Positions 1 to 9,760 of a stretch of 27,122 bases of DNA are shown piece after piece. Numbering within the stretch: position 1 is the first letter of the stretch; the number at the start of each line of letters is the position of its first letter. The notes beneath the pieces were generated by a model, which saw nothing but the letters and a program-made list of their open reading frames with translations, was not told where the DNA came from and ran no database searches. Location: the IMG/VR virus record IMGVR_UViG_3300029858_000001, positions 1-27,122 of that record; one strand, written 5' to 3'. Both the position numbers and the translations under genes were made by a program. This DNA comes from a virus.

Positions 1-525
1 GCTGAATGTATGTGCTGCGGTAAAGGCTATGAAGCTGATCCAAGTGGAAATGTAGATGCATTTGTAGAATGTGATAAAGTTGTATGTGCGACCTGTGAAG
101 GCAAAGTTCAGTGCGATGATTGCGGAGCTTGGATTGATAGTGAAGATGCTTGGTTCTGTAGTGAAGATGGTGCAACGTATTGTAGTTGGTGTGCAGATGG
201 TCGCACCCAGGTCTGTAGCTGTTGCGGAGAAACTAAATGGCTTGATTATGATTTCAAGAAGCAGGCTCTTCCCTATATGTTTGAAGTAAAAACTCCTAAT
301 GGTAAGCATCGTCGAGATATTGGAAATCCCATTGATGTTTGTGATGATTGTTACGAAGATTATGATTTTGATGATGTACCGAAGGAGCCAGACTTGTGGG
401 GCGATTTTCAGTATATTGATGTTGACAAGGTAGATAAGAAGGTATGGGAGCCATTTTTGTCCCTTGACAGAATTGCTGATGCCAAGATGCGGCTAAAGGC
501 GATTTACCCTGATGATTATATTTAG
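1..525 (+). CDS. Cys-rich multi-CxxC (zinc-ribbon-like) protein, 5'-truncated at window edge. Its C-terminal architecture resembles the C-termini of 5522-7165, 8682-9680 and 9761-11083
   Basis: Frame is open from nt 1. It has tandem CxxC pairs (CATCEG, CDDCGAW, CSWC, CSCCGE, CDDC). It ends at TAG 523-525. Because TAG is sense elsewhere in this window, the true end may be TAA 577-579. Confidence 0.6.
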   Translation, partial: AECMCCGKGYEADPSGNVDAFVECDKVVCATCEGKVQCDDCGAWIDSEDAWFCSEDGATYCSWCADGRTQVCSCCGETKWLDYDFKKQALPYMFEVKTPNGKHRRDIGNPIDVCDDCYEDYDFDDVPKEPDLWGDFQYIDVDKVDKKVWEPFLSLDRIADAKMRLKAIYPDDYI

Positions 526-604
526 TTTAAATTCTTGCCAAAATTGAATACTCGAAAATTTATAAAAAATTTGATATAATATATATAGAAAGGATGGGAG
601 AGAT

Positions 605-1060
605 ATGGAACGCATTTATAGATTAACATATGGTCCTTATTATGAAAAGCAGGAACTTGGTTATCTTACTGAAGATAAATTGAATGATTATCTTGAAGAG
701 TTGTTTAATTCTACATTGTTTAGAAACTCTGTCTATAGTCATTTTGAAACTCTTAAAGCTGAAAAAGCTCGGTATGAAACTAAACGCCATGAAGCAATTC
801 AGGATATGAATAAATATCTCTCTATCCTTCAGGCCGGAAAAGCAAGTCTTGAATACAAAGACGCCAAGAAACAATATAAGAAATATGAACGTATTGTCAT
901 TGATTGTAACTGCCAAATGAAGAAAATAGATAAGTTAGTTGAAGAACATAATAAATGGACAGCAACTGATTGGCTTCATTGGGCTGATTACAATTGGGAA
1001 TCTATTGAACTTAATGTAGTCAGACCGGTTAATGAGAGGGCAAACGAGGATTGGATGTAA
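605..1060 (+). CDS. hypothetical protein (151 aa)
   Basis: Long ORF with an SD-like GAAAGGATGGGAG upstream. It follows a promoter-like TGaTATAAT extended -10. Confidence 0.6.
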   Translation: MERIYRLTYGPYYEKQELGYLTEDKLNDYLEELFNSTLFRNSVYSHFETLKAEKARYETKRHEAIQDMNKYLSILQAGKASLEYKDAKKQYKKYERIVIDCNCQMKKIDKLVEEHNKWTATDWLHWADYNWESIELNVVRPVNERANEDWM

Positions 1061-1296
1061 TGGAAAAGAAAGAAATGGTAATTAAAATCCTTAAAGAAAG
1101 CGGCACTCTTACTGCAAAGCAAATTTCAGCATTTGCAAAGCGTAAGTATGATTTTGATATTACACCGCAGGGTGCTTCGGGTGTTATGCGTAGTCTCATC
1201 GGTCAGGGGCTGGCGGCGAGTTCTAAAGATGGCAGCAATCAAACACGATATTGGCTTAATGCCTGTACATGGAAGGATATGACTGCAAATGATTAA
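1051..1296 (+). CDS. small putative DNA-binding (HTH/winged-helix-like) protein
   Basis: 81-aa ORF overlapping the previous stop. The segment KEMVIKILKESGTLTAKQIS looks like an HTH. Confidence 0.45.
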   Translation: MDVMEKKEMVIKILKESGTLTAKQISAFAKRKYDFDITPQGASGVMRSLIGQGLAASSKDGSNQTRYWLNACTWKDMTAND

Positions 1297-1519
1297 AAAA
1301 TGTGTTGTAACTATTTTATTAACTGCATTTATTGGGGTACTTCTTATTTCCTCTTGGAAATATACTTGTAATAAAATTCGTATTTTCCCTGATACTCTTT
1401 GGTCTAAAGGCGTTGAAATTCAAAAGCGAGATGGATATAAAATTGATCTTCATCATCCGTATGAAATGGTTGAAACAGAAGAAGGTTATGATTTAATCAT
1501 TCATTTTGTAGAGGAATAA
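1289..1519 (+). CDS. small membrane-anchored protein
   Basis: 76-aa ORF with an N-terminal hydrophobic helix (VVTILLTAFIGVLLISSW). Confidence 0.45.
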   Translation: MIKKCVVTILLTAFIGVLLISSWKYTCNKIRIFPDTLWSKGVEIQKRDGYKIDLHHPYEMVETEEGYDLIIHFVEE

Positions 1520-1520
1520 G

Positions 1521-1673
1521 CATGGCTGAATGTATTTATTTTAGGTATGAAGATACAACTCCTTGGCATGGTGATGTATTTGACCATCCTGATTATGAAT
1601 ATTATTGTGTGAGAAATACAAAAAAGAAAGAAATTTTTCCTTGGACTTGTCTCGAATGTCCTCATTACACTAA
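1521..1673 (+). CDS. small hypothetical ORF (50 aa)
   Basis: ATG preceded by GAGGAATAAGC. It is not in the supplied ORF track because it is under 60 aa. Translated by hand. Confidence 0.25.
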
Positions 1674-1690
1674 AGAAAGAGGAGAAAACC

Positions 1691-1963
1691 ATGATTCATA
1701 AAATGATTGCTTGTTCAAAAGAATGTCTTCGCTTTGCCTGCTGTGATTTCTGCAAGTATGTTATTCAGGATTATTTTTTTAATGAAGATAAAGATGGAAA
1801 TATGCAGATTGTAAATGGCGGACCTGATGGCTGTTCTCTTCATAAAGATAAAGAGCATCAAAGGATTGCTAAAAATTGTGGCTATTGCCAAGATTTCCAT
1901 TGCGTAAATGCAACTGAAAATAATAAAGATAGCTGGGTTGTAAAGGAGTTCGTAGATGACTGA
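1691..1963 (+). CDS. Cys-rich small protein (90 aa)
   Basis: ORF with GAGGAGAAAACC SD. It contains 10 Cys (CCDFC, CGYCQDFHC). Confidence 0.5.
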   Translation: MIHKMIACSKECLRFACCDFCKYVIQDYFFNEDKDGNMQIVNGGPDGCSLHKDKEHQRIAKNCGYCQDFHCVNATENNKDSWVVKEFVDD

Positions 1964-2204
1964 ATATAAATGTAAAGTATATGTGATTGAACCGCAGATA
2001 GGATGGCATGGATTTAGTCTGGTCGCTGCCCTTGATGCTGAACATGCCAATCAAACTATTCGCAAAGCCGCTGGAGAGAGTAGATATTATTGGGGATATT
2101 CACATGTGCGAGAGTATGATGCTATTGATAATGTTTATTCTGATACTATTGGATTTGTATATGAGGGGATTTTTGAAGATGATGAATATAGCAGAATTGA
2201 TTAA
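1956..2204 (+). CDS. hypothetical protein (82 aa)
   Basis: ORF overlapping the stop of the previous gene (ATGACTGA). Confidence 0.45.
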   Translation: MTEYKCKVYVIEPQIGWHGFSLVAALDAEHANQTIRKAAGESRYYWGYSHVREYDAIDNVYSDTIGFVYEGIFEDDEYSRID

Positions 2205-2421
2205 ACTGGTTGAAAAAACTGATTGGAATAAATACCGGAAAAAAGATATTCTTGATTTGGTCAAAGAGCATCCTGAACTTCTGGATATGACACCTGTTCA
2301 GCTTCGTACTAGAGCCAGAGATTTGGATTGGGATGCTGATGGATACATGAATAAAGTTAATAGCCTTGAAAATGAAGCGTCTTTGACCAGAGATTTAATT
2401 GAAATTATGTATGGAGAGTGA
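2179..2421 (+). CDS. hypothetical protein (about 80 aa; the ORF also opens at 2008 but that start overlaps 1956-2204)
   Basis: Internal ATG at 2179 is preceded by GAGGGGATTTTTGAAG. The frame is shared with track ORF 2008-2421. Confidence 0.4.
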   Translation: MMNIAELIKLVEKTDWNKYRKKDILDLVKEHPELLDMTPVQLRTRARDLDWDADGYMNKVNSLENEASLTRDLIEIMYGE

Positions 2422-3233
2422 TAATTATGAATTACCATTCAGATAAATGGGTTATGGATAAAGTAGAAACTCATTTAGAAGCAGCTAATGTTAGAAGCGA
2501 AAATTGGGTTAGTTTAATGGCTTATGGTAGCCAGAATTATGGTCTTGATACTCAATCGTCTGATGTAGATACCCGGCTTATTGTTCTTCCTTCATTTGAA
2601 GATATTGTATTAAATAAGAAGCCGGTATCTTATACCAAGATTCTTCCTAATGATGAACACATTGATTTTAAAGATATTCGTTTGTTCATTGATTGTTTAA
2701 AGAAACAGAATATGGCTTATCTTGAATGTATTTTCACTCCTTATAAAATGGCATCAAGCGAATATTGGAATGAATGGCAGGAGCTGCTCAATGAGCGTGA
2801 AGCTATTGCCCGTTATAATCCTTATAAGGCAGTTAAAACTATGAAGGGTATTGCTATGGAAAAATACCATGCAATGGAACATAGATATCCTATCAAGGTT
2901 CCCCTAATTGATACATATGGTTATGATAGTAAGCAGCTTATGCATTTGTTCCGTATTGAACAGTATCTTGGACGTTATATTGATGGGGTTAAGTATGCTG
3001 ATTGTCTTCCAGCACCAAGGGGTGATTATCTTCTTGCTGTAAAAAATTATCACTATGATCTTGAAGCTGCACGAATTGTAGCTAAAACTGCTATTGACAA
3101 TATTACAAGAGTAGCTGATAATTATTGTGCCAAAACTAAAGATGAAGGTAATAAAGAACTTGAAGATTTTATGAATAATGTCGTTTATAAAATCATGAAG
3201 AAAAGAGTAGTAAAGGAAATGTTAAATGTCTAA
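2418..3233 (+). CDS. Pol-beta superfamily nucleotidyltransferase (MNT-like)
   Basis: Motif GSQNYGLDTQSSDVDTRLIV matches the minimal nucleotidyltransferase signature G-S-x9-13-D-x-D. Confidence 0.6.
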   Translation: MIIMNYHSDKWVMDKVETHLEAANVRSENWVSLMAYGSQNYGLDTQSSDVDTRLIVLPSFEDIVLNKKPVSYTKILPNDEHIDFKDIRLFIDCLKKQNMAYLECIFTPYKMASSEYWNEWQELLNEREAIARYNPYKAVKTMKGIAMEKYHAMEHRYPIKVPLIDTYGYDSKQLMHLFRIEQYLGRYIDGVKYADCLPAPRGDYLLAVKNYHYDLEAARIVAKTAIDNITRVADNYCAKTKDEGNKELEDFMNNVVYKIMKKRVVKEMLNV

Positions 3234-3417
3234 CGAAAATATGACTATTGAAATTGATATTCGAGATATTGAAGAAATTGAAAAGAATATCGAAATTTTA
3301 GCTGAATGGATGACAAATCATTATACACGATTTGGTGCTCAAGCAATTGCACTTACAGCCATTTTTGATAAAGTAGAGGAATTAAAGAAAGAGCTGGCTG
3401 AAGAAGAAAATACATAA
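3226..3417 (+). CDS. small acidic protein (63 aa)
   Basis: ORF overlapping the previous stop. It is Glu-rich. Confidence 0.4.
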   Translation: MSNENMTIEIDIRDIEEIEKNIEILAEWMTNHYTRFGAQAIALTAIFDKVEELKKELAEEENT

Positions 3418-3430
3418 GGAGGAACCTTCA

Positions 3431-4210
3431 ATGTTCAAGGACTATTTGATTAGAGGCGACTGTCATGGTGATTTTACATGGCTTAATGCAAAAATGTTTA
3501 GAATTTTAAATCCAAAAGACTATGCAATCATCATTCTTGGAGATGTTGGTTTTAATACTGGTAGTACATTCCGAGATAATATGAAGAAAGAATACGCAAG
3601 CCAGTTTGGATATTTTATTTATTGTGTGCGGGGCAATCATGAAGTACGTCCTGAGAACATTGAAGGCATGGAGCGTGTTTGGGATAGTAATGTTCAAGCT
3701 AATGTATGGTATGAGCCAGCTTATCCTCTAATTAGATATTTTGATAATTACGGGATTTATTATCTTAAAACTGAAGATAGAGAATATCGTACATTAGTTA
3801 TTGGTGGTGCTTATTCTGTTGATAAATATTATCGTCTTAAAAACAATCTGCTTTGGTGGGAAGATGAACAATTAAGCGATAAAGAAAAGGCTGATGCTGA
3901 AATGCTTATTCGACAAACTAATAAGCATTTTGATCTTGTACTATCACACACATGCCCTTATTCTCTTAGGCCAGTTGATAAATTCCTTTCAGTAGTAGAT
4001 CAATCTACTGTAGATACCTCTATGGAAGAATGGCTTGAAGAAATTAAGAATATGATTACATATGATGTATGGCTTAGTGGTCATTATCATTGCGATAAAT
4101 TTATTAATAAGCATAATATTATCTTTTTTAATTGTATCGACCCTTTGGAAGATATTTTCCTTTGGCATGATAAAATGGATGATACTGTAAATAATATTGA
4201 CCGCTTTTAA
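3431..4210 (+). CDS. calcineurin-like metallophosphoesterase (Ser/Thr phosphatase-like)
   Basis: Motifs GDCHGD, ILGDVGFNTG and VRGNHE match the GDxHG / GDxxDRG / GNHE phosphoesterase signature. The RBS is AGGAGGAACC. Confidence 0.75.
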   Translation: MFKDYLIRGDCHGDFTWLNAKMFRILNPKDYAIIILGDVGFNTGSTFRDNMKKEYASQFGYFIYCVRGNHEVRPENIEGMERVWDSNVQANVWYEPAYPLIRYFDNYGIYYLKTEDREYRTLVIGGAYSVDKYYRLKNNLLWWEDEQLSDKEKADAEMLIRQTNKHFDLVLSHTCPYSLRPVDKFLSVVDQSTVDTSMEEWLEEIKNMITYDVWLSGHYHCDKFINKHNIIFFNCIDPLEDIFLWHDKMDDTVNNIDRF

Positions 4211-4237
4211 ACGATCAATTCTTTTTAGCTATTAAAT

Positions 4238-4266
4238 TTGACTTTTCATATGAAATATAGTATTAT
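4238..4266 (+). promoter_or_regulatory. sigma70-like promoter, TTGACT-17 nt-TATTAT
   Basis: TTGACT lies at 4238-4243 and TATTAT at 4261-4266, with exactly 17-nt spacing. It sits upstream of the 4304 gene. Confidence 0.5.
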
Positions 4267-4303
4267 TTACTAAGTATTTATTTTATATTGAAGGAGAATT
4301 AAT

Positions 4304-4891
4304 ATGCGAAAATTCTTAAATGTCATTCTTGTAATCACTATGGTTGCTTTAATGATGATGCCAGTAAGTGCTTTTAATATAATAAGTTATAGTGCTGATG
4401 GCGGAAGCAGGTCAGAAATCGAATACGGTCTTACAGAATATTGTAATTGCGGAATCGACCATACTAATAAACCCTTTGAATGGTGGACTGATATTACATC
4501 TACTGATAGTCCACAATGGGATTTAATTCATAACTATTTAACTATTCAAGAGAATGGCACATTAGCTACTGATGATGGCTATACCGCTTGTGCTCTTGGA
4601 AGATATTTCGGTAAAATTGGCTCAAAATGGATTTTTATTTGTGAAGACGGTTCAGAGATTAAGGTAGTTAAAGCTGATGAAAAGCAAGACCGCCATACAA
4701 AAAACTGGGATTTAATTCACGGTATTATTTGCGATGAATTAATTGAGCTTGTTGTAGATAGTAAGATTAGTCAAACTTGCCCAACTGGTAATTTCAAAGA
4801 CCTTGAAGGTTTTGAAGGTAATATAATTGGGTGGAAAGAAGTTCTTAATAATGAATTACCTGATTTATTAAAAGGAACAATTTATAAATAA
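4304..4891 (+). CDS. secreted or exported protein with an N-terminal signal peptide
   Basis: The N-terminus MRKFLNVILVITMVALMMMPVSAF is a typical signal peptide. The RBS is GAAGGAG. Confidence 0.6.
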   Translation: MRKFLNVILVITMVALMMMPVSAFNIISYSADGGSRSEIEYGLTEYCNCGIDHTNKPFEWWTDITSTDSPQWDLIHNYLTIQENGTLATDDGYTACALGRYFGKIGSKWIFICEDGSEIKVVKADEKQDRHTKNWDLIHGIICDELIELVVDSKISQTCPTGNFKDLEGFEGNIIGWKEVLNNELPDLLKGTIYK

Positions 4892-4917
4892 AATAATATT
4901 AAACGAGGTAATATAAA

Positions 4918-5418
4918 ATGAGCGTAGTTGCCGCGAAGGTATATGACAATAATATTCAAATGTCTGCGGATAGTATTTTAACTAATGGATGGGAAAAAGA
5001 CCCCAATACTAACTTTACTAAAATTATTTCTTTAAATGATATGATTGTTGGTAGTGTTGGTAATGCGGATGAATGCAGTCTTATGTGGCTATATATGGAA
5101 AATCATCAACCGCTTAATGCCACAGAAAGAGAAATTCTTAATTATTTTACTGAATTTGGTAAATGGAAAGGCGAGATTTCTAGTACTCGTGAGATTAGGA
5201 ATAGTTATTTAATGGCTTTTGGAGGTCATCTTTTTCAGATTTGTGGATATTTGGTTAGAGAAATTAAAGATTATTATGCCATTGGGGCTGGCGCTCCTTA
5301 TGCTTTGACCGCACTTCATCTTGGACATGATTCAGAAGAAGCTGTTAAAGTTTCTTGTGCTATGTGTTGTTTCGTTTGTGAACCTATTGTGACATATAGT
5401 CAAAAAAGAGGCGATTAA
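4918..5418 (+). CDS. HslV / 20S-proteasome beta-subunit-like Ntn-hydrolase
   Basis: Segments VGSVGNADECSL and AIGAGAPYALTAL resemble HslV AGFAGGTADAFTL and AIGSGGPYAQAAARAL. A Ser/Thr follows the Met. Confidence 0.55.
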   Translation: MSVVAAKVYDNNIQMSADSILTNGWEKDPNTNFTKIISLNDMIVGSVGNADECSLMWLYMENHQPLNATEREILNYFTEFGKWKGEISSTREIRNSYLMAFGGHLFQICGYLVREIKDYYAIGAGAPYALTALHLGHDSEEAVKVSCAMCCFVCEPIVTYSQKRGD

Positions 5419-5426
5419 ATATAGAT

Positions 5427-5470
5427 AAAAAGGGATAAAGATTTGATTCTTTATCCCTTTTTGATTTTTA
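5427..5470 (+). terminator. rho-independent terminator
   Basis: Stem AAAAGGGATAAAGA / TCTTTATCCCTTTTT followed by a T-tract. Confidence 0.7.
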
Positions 5471-5521
5471 TAATAAAATATTATAAAATATTTATAGAAA
5501 AAATAAAGGGAGTAAATAATC

Positions 5522-7165
5522 ATGACACCTTATGAAGCATTGACTGCACAAGATAAGGAATATATTACTGAATATATTGAAACATGGGGTGGCATTAATT
5601 CCCCAATTAAGCTTAAAGCACCTCTTAATTATATTCTTGGAGAATGGAATAAGAGTAAGCAAACTTTGTTTAATATCTTTGGCGAAAAGTTAATGCTGGA
5701 GAAGGAAATTCAAGTTGAAGATGGAGATAACAAAAAAATAAGAGAAGTTAGTGAGTATCTCTATAGCTTTAACCCTGGTATTAATTTTATTAAGAATCTT
5801 CGTAAGTTATTTGAGCTTAACGATACTTATTTTGAAAATACTTATGCAACAAAACATGCAATATATAATTTAATTCAAGCTTATCAACTTTTTACTAATA
5901 GAGTTGCTAAAGGATTTACTTATCATAATAAAGATGGTAAAATAGTTAAAGTTCCAGAAGGAGCTAAGGTAATGAAAGTTCTTCAGAAAATGGCTAAAGA
6001 ATTTGATTTGCCTGATTTTGAAATTTTTCGTAATCATATTTCGCGTATCACTGAAGTACGCAAATCTAAAATTAAATTTACTCTATCTATTCATCCTCTG
6101 GATTATATGACTATGAGTGATAATGTGAATGGGTGGGAAAGTTGTATGAACTGGACTCAAGGACCAGGTAGTTATCGTTCTGGTACTATTGAGATGATGA
6201 ATAGTCCATTAGTTGTTGTAGCTTATATTACTACTAAACCTTATTATCCAACAAATACTTCTATTGAATGGACTTCCAAAAGCTGGAGAGAATTGATTAT
6301 TGTTCATCCGAATACTATTTGTTCTGTAAAATCTTATCCTTATTACAATATTGCCTTTGATAAAGCTCTTGTTAATTGGCTTGCTAATCTGGTTGAAGAA
6401 AAAACTGAATGGCGTTATAACAGAAAACAGCCACAAGAGAGTTTGGAAAGTTGTTCTTATATTGAAGCTTGGCAAGATAAAGAAGATGAAGATAATCATT
6501 TCCTGTTGGATTTTGAAACAAATGAAATGTATAATGATTTTGGTAACACAGAAAATTATGGGATTTTTTCAATTAATCCACCAGACAATAAATATCGTAC
6601 ATTCGCAATTAATTATTCTGGTTTGATGACTTGTATGTGCTGTGGCGAGGATGGTTATTGGTCTGATGATACTGAAGCAGTAGTTTGTGAAGACTGTGAT
6701 CCACCCACTTATTGTTATTGCTGTGGCGAACGAGTTAATGCAAATGATGCAATTGAAGTAGATGGTGAATGGGTTTGCGAAGATTGTTATAATGATTTGC
6801 ATAGATGCTTATGCTGTGAGGATGCTCATTTTGATGAAGATTTCACTACTGTATTTGTTGGACATATTGATAATCAAACTATTAATATTGATTATGATGA
6901 GCATTATATTTGTAATGAATGTCTTGCCAATAAAGAATATTTAAAGTATCTCAGAGATACTAATATTAGGGCTGAAACAATTCGATTGGATGGCGGTCCT
7001 TATTATGGTATAGTGGCTCTCTTAATTGAAGAAGATGATTTAAATGTAGAGGCTAAAAAGATAATTTCTAATGATCCTTATTCTACTATAATTACTGATT
7101 ATACTTATGCTATTCGTCGTTATCCTGAGCGTTTTTATAGTTACAATAGGTCAATTGCGATTTAA
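5522..7165 (+). CDS. large protein: N-terminal 'HPLDY...W-SC' domain plus C-terminal multi-CxxC zinc-ribbon array (paralog of 9761-11083)
   Basis: SIHPLDYMTMSDNVNGWESCMNW resembles SVHPLDYLSLSENTHNWRSCHAL in 9761. Repeated CxxC pairs occur in the last 180 aa. Confidence 0.7.
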   Translation: MTPYEALTAQDKEYITEYIETWGGINSPIKLKAPLNYILGEWNKSKQTLFNIFGEKLMLEKEIQVEDGDNKKIREVSEYLYSFNPGINFIKNLRKLFELNDTYFENTYATKHAIYNLIQAYQLFTNRVAKGFTYHNKDGKIVKVPEGAKVMKVLQKMAKEFDLPDFEIFRNHISRITEVRKSKIKFTLSIHPLDYMTMSDNVNGWESCMNWTQGPGSYRSGTIEMMNSPLVVVAYITTKPYYPTNTSIEWTSKSWRELIIVHPNTICSVKSYPYYNIAFDKALVNWLANLVEEKTEWRYNRKQPQESLESCSYIEAWQDKEDEDNHFLLDFETNEMYNDFGNTENYGIFSINPPDNKYRTFAINYSGLMTCMCCGEDGYWSDDTEAVVCEDCDPPTYCYCCGERVNANDAIEVDGEWVCEDCYNDLHRCLCCEDAHFDEDFTTVFVGHIDNQTINIDYDEHYICNECLANKEYLKYLRDTNIRAETIRLDGGPYYGIVALLIEEDDLNVEAKKIISNDPYSTIITDYTYAIRRYPERFYSYNRSIAI

Positions 7166-7236
7166 TTGAAATTTTTAAAATAAAATAATATAATATATAC
7201 ATAAAATAAAGAAAAAATAAAAGGAGTTATTAAATT

Positions 7237-7632
7237 ATGGAAAAGAAATTTACGAAGCGTGAGCTGTATGATGCTCTGATTGGCAAGCTGTGCGGTGAAG
7301 AGGTTGAGGTTGATGCACAGACTCTGGTTGATTTTTGTCAGGCAGAGATTGACCGTATCGACCAGCGTAATGCCAAGGATCGCGAGAAGCGTGAAGCCAA
7401 GAAGGCTGAGCCTGATGTTGCGCGCGAGAAGGTATTTGCGGCACTTGACGAGCAATTCCGTACTGCTAATGTAATTCATGATTCTATTGGTGATGAAGAT
7501 ATTACTCTGGGTAAGGTTCGTCATCGTCTTGCAGGTCTTGTTCGTGATGGTCTGGTGAAGAAGCAGGAGATGAAGATTCCTGGTGGTGAAGGTGAGAAAG
7601 CACGTCACGCTATGTGCTACGCAAAGGTTTAA
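7237..7632 (+). CDS. hypothetical protein in a GC-rich (about 48%) compositionally foreign island
   Basis: Codon usage and GC differ sharply from the flanks (GAGCTG, GCGCGCGAG). The RBS is AAAAGGAG. A strong terminator follows. Confidence 0.6.
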   Translation: MEKKFTKRELYDALIGKLCGEEVEVDAQTLVDFCQAEIDRIDQRNAKDREKREAKKAEPDVAREKVFAALDEQFRTANVIHDSIGDEDITLGKVRHRLAGLVRDGLVKKQEMKIPGGEGEKARHAMCYAKV

Positions 7633-7639
7633 TACATGA

Positions 7640-7668
7640 AGGGTCGGGAAACCGGCCCTTTTGTTTTG
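7640..7668 (+). terminator. rho-independent terminator (GGGTCGG-GAAA-CCGGCCC plus T-tract)
   Basis: GC-rich hairpin with a GAAA tetraloop, followed by TTTTGTTTT. Confidence 0.7.
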
Positions 7669-7799
7669 CCATTTTAGGGTGCTGCTCCAGCCAAGGTCAG
7701 GCGTCTATACCGAACGTCCAAATTAAAAAGCGGTTTAAGAATTTTTTTGACTAAATGTTAATAATATGATAAAATAATATAAAAAAGGAGTAGATAAAA

Positions 7800-8627
7800 A
7801 TGAAAGTTTGTTTAAGACATAACCAAGAAGAACAATATCTCCAAAAGGCAGAATAGGTTGAGGTTAAATGGGCATATATTGACCAACTTCTTGATTTAGT
7901 AGAAAAATATCCTGATAAAGATTTTATCATAGATGCTCCAAAAGGCAAGCCAATGGATTGGAAAAGTATAGCCACTTGTAAGGCCGGCCTGCATTAGGGC
8001 CATACCTTCTATATTCGGCTGCATGATCTAAATCCTTTGCTTACATTACGCTGGATGGAGAAATATGATCTTAAATTTTTTTATAGTGAACCGGCAAAAA
8101 CCTATTATGAGCTGTATAATTTAAAAAAATTAGGTGTATCATATGCTTATATTGATGCTCCTATTTTCTTTGATTTAAATGAAGTAAAAAAAATAGATAT
8201 TCCATTAAGACTTGTACCAAATCGCGCATATATTCAAGGGCATATTCCACAAATGAGTGGCTTACATGGCACTTGGGTTCGTCCAGAAAAACTTGATATT
8301 TATGAACCATATTTTGATGTTTGTGAATTTGAAAATGATGGACCTACACAAGAACGAGCTTTCTACCGCATTTATTTTGAAGATAAGTCTTGGCCAAATG
8401 ACATGAATTCATTAATTTTTGGACTTAATACTAATATTGATGATAGATTAGTATATGAAGGTCTTGATGAAATGCGTCTTAATTGTAAACAAGTATGTGA
8501 AACGCCTAAGCCCTATTGCCAAATGTGTGATAAAGTATTGTACTTTGAACGTGCAGGACGCCAATGGGCTAAGGAGTATATTGCCGAACATGAGGGAGAA
8601 GACCAAGAACAGATAAGCCCTAATTGA
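7800..8627 (+). CDS. hypothetical protein (275 aa) with two in-frame TAG sense codons (7854, 7995)
   Basis: ATG 7800 has the RBS AAAAGGAG. Its frame is continuous with track ORF 8037-8627. The only interruptions are TAG. It ends at TGA. Confidence 0.6.
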
Positions 8628-8681
8628 TTATTTAATAAAATTATTATATAATATTTATATAATAATAGAAGGGAATAAGAA

Positions 8682-9680
8682 ATGGGTAAAAAAGTTTTAG
8701 TTCCTGAATTTACTGAAAATTGTAGGGGGCTTTTGGAAGGACTATTCAAGATTAGTGAAGTAGGTCTTTTGAAAGCTCTCGGTGATTTTGTATCTAATAA
8801 ATATTCTAATGTAGAAATTACAGAAGATTATGTATATGCTGAAGGCAATATTCCTGTTATGCTTATTGCACATGTAGATACTGTATTTAGACAACCAATT
8901 CGTCAATTTACTTATAATGAGAAAAGAGCTGTTTATAAAGGCAAGGAAGGTCTTGGAGCAGACGATAGAGCAGGTGTTTTTGCGATTATTCAGATTTTGC
9001 GTAAAAAGTATAGACCTTATGTTCTTTTTACAACAGATGAAGAAATGGGTGGCTACGGGGCACATATATTTGTTGAAGCACATCCAACAGCTCCAAATAT
9101 TAAGTATATGATTGAACTTGATAGAGCTGGTGAAAGAGATTGCGTCTTCTATGAGTGTGAGAATTTTACATTCATGGATTATGTTGAAAGTTTTGGTTTT
9201 AAGCAAGCGATTGGGTCATTTACAGATATTAGTATTATTATGCCTGAATGGGAAGTCGCTGGAGTAAATTTATCAGTTGGTTATCATCATGAACATACTC
9301 AGAATGAAGATTTACATATTAGAACATTGTATAATACAATTAGTAAAGTATGTAAAATGCTTGATGATATTGAAAATGCAGATAAATATAAGTTTATCCC
9401 CAGCAAGGAATATCTCCAATGGATTACATTGACTAATAAATATCATATGCCTTATGATTTTGATGATGATAAACTTCTTAATTGTAGTTTTTGTAATCAG
9501 TTGTATTATGAGTGGGAAGATTTTCCTCTTGATATTGATGGAGTAAAAGTTCATGTGTGCCCTGAATGTTTAGCACTTGATCCTAATATTCATCAATGTG
9601 AAAAGTGTTATAATTTATTTTATTCAAATAATATGAAGGAAAGAGTATGTGATAAATGTCGAGTCCCTGTTGTAATTTAA
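8682..9680 (+). CDS. M42/M20-like metallopeptidase-fold protein with a C-terminal CxxC zinc-ribbon array
   Basis: Motifs HVDTV, GADDRAG and TTDEEMGG match the HxD / GxDD(R/K)xG / EE motifs of M42/M20 peptidases. The C-terminus has CSFC, CPEC, CEKC and CDKC. Confidence 0.55.
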   Translation: MGKKVLVPEFTENCRGLLEGLFKISEVGLLKALGDFVSNKYSNVEITEDYVYAEGNIPVMLIAHVDTVFRQPIRQFTYNEKRAVYKGKEGLGADDRAGVFAIIQILRKKYRPYVLFTTDEEMGGYGAHIFVEAHPTAPNIKYMIELDRAGERDCVFYECENFTFMDYVESFGFKQAIGSFTDISIIMPEWEVAGVNLSVGYHHEHTQNEDLHIRTLYNTISKVCKMLDDIENADKYKFIPSKEYLQWITLTNKYHMPYDFDDDKLLNCSFCNQLYYEWEDFPLDIDGVKVHVCPECLALDPNIHQCEKCYNLFYSNNMKERVCDKCRVPVVI

Positions 9681-9760
9681 ATGAAATTAAAGAACAAGTA
9701 AAGAAGGTTATTGCCTATTCATAGGGGCTGGATATTAACCTTTTAAATATTGATAAATTA

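Noticed and set aside
71-289. Alternative-frame ORFs nested in longer genes (71-289, 6351-6626, 7280-7474, 10173-10463, 11755-11994 and the many minus-strand ORFs in the track)
   Set aside because: They are fully contained in longer same-strand or opposite-strand ORFs that carry recognisable motifs. There are no RBS and they are AT-rich frame artefacts.
523-525. TAG as a genuine stop for the first ORF and for the radical-SAM gene at 21393
   Set aside because: Not excluded. But TAG is sense at more than 40 other in-frame positions and both frames continue to TAA. Treated as probable sense with the standard-code end noted.
2008-2421. Long version of ORF starting at 2008
   Set aside because: It overlaps 1956-2204 for about 200 nt in another frame. 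The internal ATG 2179 with an SD is the more plausible start. Kept as an alternative only.
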